Assembly (NCBI GenBank): GCA_030141605.1
Contig: JAQGDQ010000171.1
Coordinates: 310,001-374,000 of the forward strand
Source: Tubiluchus corallicola
Lineage: Eukaryota; Animalia; Priapulida
Direction: 5' to 3'
Length of the DNA: 64,000 bases
Positions 27,601-36,600 of this stretch are shown in pieces; position 1 is the stretch's first letter, and each line of letters starts with the position of its first letter. The notes under the pieces were generated by a model that was not told the origin of the DNA, ran no database searches, and was given only the letters and a program-made list of their open reading frames with translations. The translations under genes were made by a program, and so were the position numbers.

Positions 27601-30600
27601 CTTTAAGGCAAAACAGGACACAGTCTTGAACTGTAGGTTAAAACAATCTCCTCTAAAGTATTGAATGGAAACATCCTATTTTTCAAAAATGACTTGCATG
27701 AAAGAATTATTACCACACATCACAATTTCGTGTTCGGGCCACTAGTTCTTCGCTGTTACATGCATTTCGCCATTCGCTAGTTCGACGGGCACTAGTACCT
27801 GCATTTCGGAAATGTCTTGCACAAAAAACAGGTGCTCTACCTCTCAGTTCAGACGTTAGTTTCTGACGAACTACACACGTTCGACAGTTCATGCGTGAGC
27901 ACAGCAGTAAATTTGAAATTTGAATTTTTATCTTAAAGCTTGCCTAGTTTTAGTACAACACACTGACTAGCTTACAGTAGCACTGTACTCCAATTTTCGC
28001 TTTTGCAAGCACGTGCAACATGCTCATGGAATATTTTTGCTGTTTGAAATTATGTTCATTTGTGATGACATCAATAGTTGGGTTTGCCATTTAAGTTTAG
28101 TCTAATAATAGACTAAAAACTAATTAAGTTTTTAGTCTATTATTTAGTTATCAGAAACTCTTACAGTATTAATTGAGTTAAAATGTATACTTTTTATCCG
28201 ACTTGAAAATGGGGTAGTATATGAAAAATCATCCTGTCTTCCTTTAACATTGTTACTGCTGGCATAACCTAAAAGATAAAATATAAAATGATTTTGAGAG
28301 GGTATAAAGAGCTATTTTATTTTGCAGATTAAATTTCTTTGCAAATTTCATGTTGTCTTTAAGAAAAATATGTATTACATTAATAATTCATAATACATTA
28401 ATATTCTCCTAATCATTTTTCTTTTTTATTTAATATTGGCTGCTATTATAGTTAAATAGGTTTATGTTTTGCAATAGTGGCTTGTTTGTTTGTCTGTCTT
28501 TCTGCATTTTTCTGTGTCTTTGTACAGCCTGTGTTCACTTTTGTCAGCTTTGCCAAAATGTATACCTGGTTAAGCTGAACATTTACGCAAAGAGTTGGCA
28601 GGAATGACACTTGTTCTATTTCTAGGATTGCTTTATTCTGGATGGTGGAAGGTCGGGCATTTTTGTCTGGATTGGCAAGGAGTCAAGTAAAGCAGAACGG
28701 CTTGCTGCTATGAATAATGCCACGGTATTTAGTGCTTATTGTTTATTTTCATGTGGTTATTAGAGTTTTACCATATTAAAGCATTGTAAAGCTCTGCAAA
28801 ATCTAATCTAATTAAATTGCCCTGTTTTGTGATATCACTGTGCTTATGTCAGAGCTTCCTGATTGTGAATTGTAAAGTTGCTTCATAATTAATTGCTTGT
28901 CTTACCTAATTGAAGACACTTCATTGATTATGATAACGTTTATTATTTTCATACATATTACATTTGGACCAGTTGTTAATAAATGTTCTAGCTAGTCCTC
29001 ACTAGGCATATAGTTCACGCTCCCGCACCCCCTTTAAGGGGTACAGGTGTATTGTAAGTCAATAGGGGCTTATGGAAAGTACAGACTGTGCATGGATAAC
29101 TACACATTCTTGTTCATGCTAAGGATTGCGGGAGTGGAAATGACATGTATTATAAGAATTGCTAGTAACAAATATAACAGCATTCAGAAGAGTGCCTATT
29201 GTACATTCAGTAAGTCCTCGCTTAACGACTCCCCACTTAGCGACATTTCATTTTATTGTGCTAATCATTTGACACCTTTTTTCACTTAACATCGCATGTT
29301 TCATTTTGACGACAACTTTCTGGATGGATAAAGAAAAGGACGAGGAATATTGCTTTCAGTTTTAAATCATGATCATTTGAAAATTTCAAAAGAACATCAA
29401 TTTTTATTAATTCACTATAGACTTTTTATCAAAAATTCTGTATGACAGCAGTGCAGAAAAATTGCAAAAAGCAAAGGCGCACAGCATAAATCATTTGATG
29501 ATGTTGTCACCTAAGCGCCCATGTAGTGTTTCGTAAATAAATATACTCATGAAGCCTTGGCTGAAGTCCGAGCTCTACTGAGTGCCATTCTGGTTCATCT
29601 CTAAATAGCACAACTTGCTAATGTTGTCTATTAATTGAGTAACTATAAACAATATTTGTAAAATAACGAGGAAACAATTATTTCAATGTGTAGAAATACT
29701 TGAAAGGACGTGGCTACCCTGCATGGACACAGATCATCAGATGCATTGATGGTGGTGAGCCTGCACTATTTAAACAGTACTTCACAAACTGGACGGAGCC
29801 CGAGGGGCAAAAAGGACTTGGAAATGTCTACACAGTTGGCGGCATTGCTCGTAAGCTTTTTTGTGTAATCGGCATAATAGAGAAGCTATTAATTGTGTGA
29901 GATATTTGGTATCAGAAGGACCTGGTTGTGCTGCCTTAAATAAGAGAAGTATATTTGTCAAATTGGTACACAAAATAGCCAATATGTAATATTCAAGTGT
30001 ATTGAATTGGACCTTGTTCGGACTTATAGTCATTTTCATTGTCTGCTATGCAATAAAATCACGAGAATTAAGTTCAGACATTTTTGTTGTTCATTTGGTG
30101 AATAAATTTAAACTGTCTATCAATTTGTTTTTTGTACTTGGAAAATACAGTCATTATAAAATTCTGACTTGGCAGAAAGAGTTTACAATTCCCACACAGT
30201 TTAAATACCCTAACCCTGTCCCCAGCCTTAACCCAACCCTAACCCATCCTTAACCCTAATCCTGATCCCAACTCTAACCGTAATCCTAATGCACATCGCA
30301 AACTGATTTCTTGTGTTTGGGAAATTGTAAACTTTAGCCGACTTGGCTTGTCCATTTGTTTTCATTTTTGTTTGTCTGCTTGTGTTTTTTCAATATTTCC
30401 TTTTTGCGCAGACTGTTTGTTATTTGTGTATGTGAATCATTAGAAAATTGATAATTAAACTCACTGTGTTCTGTTGTCATTGTAGCTCCTGAGGAAATAC
30501 CAGAAGGCACTTGTCTGCCAAGCATAGACACCAGACGTAGACGAATCTTTAACTGGGGTCCTTTGGCCAAGCACGGTGGTCGTGCCTGTGGATTTATGCC

Positions 30601-33600
30601 AGATGATGGAAGTGGTAGTGTAGAAGTGAGTACAGAAGAGAATTGTATCAGATGTTGATGCATCAGATTGTCAATGCATATTCAGTTGCGCATGTTATCT
30701 TGCAGAGGTGAAACTTTCAGTATACCTCTGGGCAGGCCCACTGAGAGGTGGCTAGCCGGGGCAGTGCCCGGGGGCCCACAAGCCAAATGAGGGCGTACCT
30801 TGAGCAAGGCAAAAAAACAAAGATGTGCACTTGCAAACCGAAACCTTCCATAAGTTTCGGCATAGTTAAAACTACGTTATTATGCTTCAAAGTAGAATGT
30901 ATCAAAAATTCTGACAAATATCATTTTTTTGTATTTCATAAAAATGCTAAACTTATTGGACTTTTTTACTTTATCATCAAATCGTTTTAAAATGTTCAAA
31001 AATTGTTTTAACAAGTAGAAAGCTGTTTCTTAAATCACAGTTCATCAATTCCTGTTTGTTGTACTGATTCTTTGCTTACGACACACCATGGTGGACACTT
31101 AGAATGAGTATCATTATTTGAAGAATTGGAGGAGATGTTGGGGCCCAAAAATTCTCTTGGTGGCCCTGCCTCTGGGATTTAACTTGTAACAGTTGGAAAG
31201 TCTAATGTTAGTTATAAGTGCTGGAACTTAATTTACAGTTTTATGTGGTATTCTCCTTAAAATAACCTCTGTACACCTTGCAAATGGTACAAAATCGTAA
31301 GACATAAGATAAATTAATCACTAAAATAACGAAAAGCCTCAGTTTTTATTCATACTTCTGTTTCTAGAGAGAATGGCTGCGTTTATAGCTTTTATGTATT
31401 ACTCTTGACCCTTGGTCATCAAAACTGACTCATTTTCATTAAATTTCAAAACATCAAATTTGATTAACACCAGTGTTGGGTAGTAACTGTATTCCCAAAC
31501 TAATTTTTGTAATAAAGCTTGATCTATGTAGTTACTTCGTTTAATCGTGTAATCAAATTTTCTCATCACTTTGGCGGTAACACTTTAAACCTGCCTCATC
31601 TGAATGTGTTGTTAAGATCGCGCTGTATTAATAAATTTCAATTTACCTTGCTGACTATCGATAGATATCAAAAGTGATATTGCAGTTTATCAAATTTTAC
31701 TCGTAGATATGGAGAATTGAGAAGTTTCAACTGGTACTGGTTGAGAAAGACAAACATGGGTTTTTCTTCGGTGGCGACAGCTACGTGATCAAGTATGAGT
31801 ACCTGACAGAGGGACGATCAAACTACATTGTTTACTTTTGGCAGGTAAATAGAAATTATCTAAGTTCTGTTTATGGTATAGGCATAATTCTGTATTCACA
31901 CTCTAGCAGAGGTCTAGTTTTTTCATAATAGTCAGTCTTATAGATATTTTATTCACAAAATTAGTGTTTATTAGCCTTTGTGAACTTCTGAACCACTGTT
32001 CTCCATGAATGCAGATTATCCAATGTTGTTCCTATTACGTTGCTATTTGAACGTATAGTTCAAGTTTTATGTAAAGAACCAATGTCAGGTGTAACATTCT
32101 GACCAATATCTAAAACCGAATATCTGAAGCAGATGACATTAATTTGCGTGACAGAAATGTCGTGGTTGTTTTGATATGTTATGGGTTTTTACAGAAAATG
32201 CATTGAGCTTTGTCATGCACTTCAACAATTATTGATAATGACGCCGTAATAATGACTTACATATGTGTTTTTGAGTGCTAATTTAATTATTGGTTTTTGT
32301 CATTCAGGGAAAGCAAAGCAGTCAAGATGAAAAAGCAGCTTCTGCTATCCTAGCAGTGAAAAAAGATGACGAAGTAGCTGGAAAAGCCGTTCAGGTATGA
32401 CAATCTCAATCTTGATTTTCATTTGCCATTAAAGTAAAGCACTACAGATTATGGGATTTCAGGTACATAGAGGGTGCTGTTGTCATCGTGTAACATTCTT
32501 AGAAGTCTTGCTTGCTGTGTTTATAATTGTGTACAGAATATAATGATTGGAAATTTTTGCATGTTTTGAGAAAAATCATGTTTGTACATGGATGGCAAAC
32601 ATGGTGATCATTTTTTGCAGTGTGGATATTTCATATGTAAAATGTTTCCTCTGAAATAATGAATTGTATACTTTATGGAGAAATAAATTTTATGGACTAA
32701 TTAAATCTTTTTTAACTGCAATTATTAATCTTAGTAAAGTTTATATTGTAATAATAAAATGTTAAAAACTAAGTGTATCCGAAATGAAATGCTAATAATA
32801 AAACTACAAATTAATTGGATAAATAAAGAGACATATCTTACCCTGAGACATTACTTTGTTAACCAAGTCTGCAAATAGTCTCCCACCAGAGCCAATACCT
32901 GTTACCTCTGCTAATGTCATTTTCATTCTTCAAAGTTACACCTTGTTGTGTAGTAACTAGGATAATATTTATCTGGTTTGAATTTGTAGGTTCGTGTTGT
33001 TCAAGGAGAGGAACCTGACCATTTCTTGACTGTCTTCAAAGGCCGCATGGTTATTTTCATGGTATGTCATTCTTTGTCTTTGTTTTTGCTCACTTTGTGT
33101 GGCAATGTTGTTAAGTTTAGAATTTTATTTGGCAGTTTATAGTGTTGAGTAAGCACTCAAGGTTGTGGTGGTATCTGATTTTCAGTTTTTTTATGTCCTT
33201 TCTGGTACAATTTCTGTGTCCGTTGTGCCTTTGTAGATAATTTCATGATGTGATTATTTGACATACAGTAAACTACATATAACTCGAACACCTCAGGAAT
33301 GGAAAATTTGTTCTAGTTATGCGAGGGAACGAGTTAGACAATGTTAGTAAGAAAACAAGATTGAGTTGCTCATCAATGTCGGACAATACTCAACTAACAC
33401 GATAGCCTCTACTGTAGTCTGAGTAGCATGGTTAATAGAATTCGACAATAACAATATTGTGGTCTAGTTACTAAACTATGTTTGTTAACCCATGTTGTGT
33501 TCAGCGTTCTGCTAAGGTAATACCAGAAACCTTAGCATTTTTGCTGAAACTAGCAGTTAAAACGTTAATGTGGTGCACACTTTTGCATAGGATTTCTCTC

Positions 33601-36600
33601 TTGGGAAGTTATTCGAGATAGGCGGGATAATTTCAGTTTGATTTTTTTAAATTGTACAGGGAATTCGGTTCAAGTTAGAGGATAATTTGAGTTACACAGT
33701 GTTTATTAAATGGAAAATGAAAGGGAAAATCCGTTCCACAGGATCTGTATGAGATACGCAAGAATTTGAGTTTTAACGGGTCGAGTTATACGTAGTTTAC
33801 TGTAGTTATTAAATTGCTTTCTGTATAACAGAAAACAAAGTGTAGCTTTGTCAACTCTCTTTTATGTATGCCATGTGTTTCCTCAGCTTGTAATTTTGTC
33901 CTTCAATCCAAACTTTTACTGTTACTCCCCTTTTATTTTTCCTATGACTCAAGGTTGATGATCGCCCCTCCAAACAAAAAGAAAAACATAGCAAACAAAA
34001 ACAAAAAAATATTTATCCACTTTCTCTTACGTGTGCTTTATGTTTATCTAGGGTGGCAAGGCCAGTGGCTTTAGAAATGTTCATGACATGGACACATACG
34101 ATGTGGATGGCACTCGTTTGTTTCACGTTCGTGGGACAAGTGAAATGAACACACGTGCTGTACAGGTAAGTTACCAAAAATCTTGCAGTTTTGCCAAACT
34201 AGCCATTAGTAAATGACACATTCGAAGCAAATATTTTGATTGAAATATCGTAATTTTGAAGTTAGCATGTATATTTGTACAGAGTGTTATGTGATGCAGT
34301 TTCTGAAAAGAGCTTCTGATTGTCAGGAATAATACCAAAGATGAGATGCTAAATGACAGAAATGTCTCAGCTACATTTGAATGTGTATACCCCCCTCAAG
34401 TAGATTAATAGCTAGACATGAGATTAGAAGTAGATTGGCAAATAAATCTGCCAAGAAACTTTCTCATTGGTCACACATCCATTTACTAGCCAAACTTGAT
34501 GCTGGTTCTTATTCCAAACTTGCTAGCCTTACTAAGCTACTAGTTTAAGAAAAAGTGTTTGATTCATTGATGTGTCAGAAAAACTAAATGATCAATAACA
34601 AGAACAGGAACCGGCATGAATAACTTAGACTTATTTGATGTTGCATTATAAGCGTGCATATGTCTCATAAACGTTTTTCTGTTGACAACACTAGGTTCCA
34701 GAGACTGCATCATCATTGAATTCAGAGGATGTCTTTGTGCTTGAAACTCCTAGTAACACTTTCATCTGGCATGGAAAGGTATGGGACTTCAAGCTTGTGG
34801 TTTACTAAAGCCGGGGTTTCGCTGGGACGCAAGTTCAACAGTTGCCAAAAAAATCATACAACTGTGTTTTGTCGTCTAGGTCCCAAATCATCAGTGTAAA
34901 GATCTGAATAATTTCACTTTTCCTAGGCAAAAATAGCAAGAATTTCGTACGAAATTTGTACGTGTTTTGCGACTTCTGCAACATCACATATGCCACAACA
35001 AGGCCACTGTTACACGACATTACCGTGAGTACACTGCGATCCTTCCATGACATTTCAGGGAATTTTCACAGAATGAGATGCCGAACAATCGAGGATCACC
35101 AAAATGTTGCCAAGTGTTGGAAAAATTGTTGTAAAGTTGTTTCAGCATTCTCAAAAGCACCTCAAAATGCTCTCCAATTCTCAGCAGATTCTGAAGTTGT
35201 TGTTAAATGCCACAAATAATGGGCGACATATTTGATTAGGTTTAACACATTGTGCAGACAACTTTACTTGAGGAAGTTTTGGCAAGGTGGCAAGTTCTGG
35301 CAACATACTTTGAACATTTGAAAATTTGCTGCCTATGCCAGCGACATTTTGGCAACAATGGCAAAATACATACGCTTGTTTTGCACCTTTTTGGCAAACT
35401 TTTGGAGCACATTGCTGTGACTGTTGGACTTATTTTCACGTAGTTGCCAAAGTCACGAAGCCCTTGAAACCCTGACTTTACTGTTACGTTCTTTATCAAG
35501 CAAGTTAACATGGTTAAGCAATATTTGACTCTTGCAAGTGGAAAGTTCACCTTTTTTCTTACGGATTTCTTTCTCATTCTATTCACATTTCTAATAGGAA
35601 ATGGCAAAAATAAATTAAAGATTATGATAAACATCTTAAAAGTGCAGTCAAAAGTAAAAATTTAATAGGACAGAAAAACTCTATACTTTCATTTTTTAAG
35701 AAAACACTAATAGTGAGTAATAATGGAGAAGGCATTGGTCTGACAGATTGTTTTCACATTTGTGTGCTTGATGGGATATTTTTTAATACACTTTTTTCAG
35801 AATTGTAGATATTTGCAATAATTATTTTATTATTTCTGCATGTTTTGTAGCTTACTGTTAATTTCATGTTAGGGTGCTGATGATGCGGAAAAGGGCATGG
35901 CCGCCAACATGGCTCCGATTGTTGCACCAGGTAGAGATCCAGAAGTCATCGAGGAAGGCAATGAGCCCGAAGACTTCTGGGCAGGTCTTGGAGGCAAGGG
36001 AGACTATCCTTCCAAACACTTATGGGTGGGTGCTTAACATATACATTATTATAAAAATACTTCATACTTACATGAAATTATTCTGCATAATTTTAACTTG
36101 CAATGTGGTATATGAAAGCAGCTTTAACTTCATTAACTGCGTGGAAAAGTAATCTTTTTTATCTTTTTAGGAGAATCCACCATCTTTGCCTCCTCGTTTA
36201 TTCCAGTGCACGGTACATAAGAGTCGCCTTCGTGTAGAAGAGATAGTAGAATTCCAGCAATCAGTACGTATTCGATAATGTTTGTTTTTACAAGTTCAGA
36301 AAAGTTAGCCTAGTTGAATTAATCAATTCAGTGCTGCTTACCTGTATAGATGAAGCTCATAATTGAGGGTAATTACTTTTAAAATTGGACTAACAAGAAT
36401 TACTTTAAAACTGGCTTTAAAAATGCTGTGGAAATTGTCCTAGCTACTAAAATGCATTGCTTTTGTTGGTGGCGTGGAGTTTGTTGTCGACACCGCTTCA
36501 ACACAGGAGGAGTATTCTCTATTAGACCCACCAGCAAAAGGTCTTCAGTTCGAGTCCCAGTAGTTGTACAAATTTTTTCAGATTTCCTAATTTAGTATTA

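Noticed and set aside
30207-30290. Interstitial telomere or chromosome fusion scar
   Set aside because: The tract is short, degenerate and enclosed in a dispersed inverted-repeat element with a second copy in the window.
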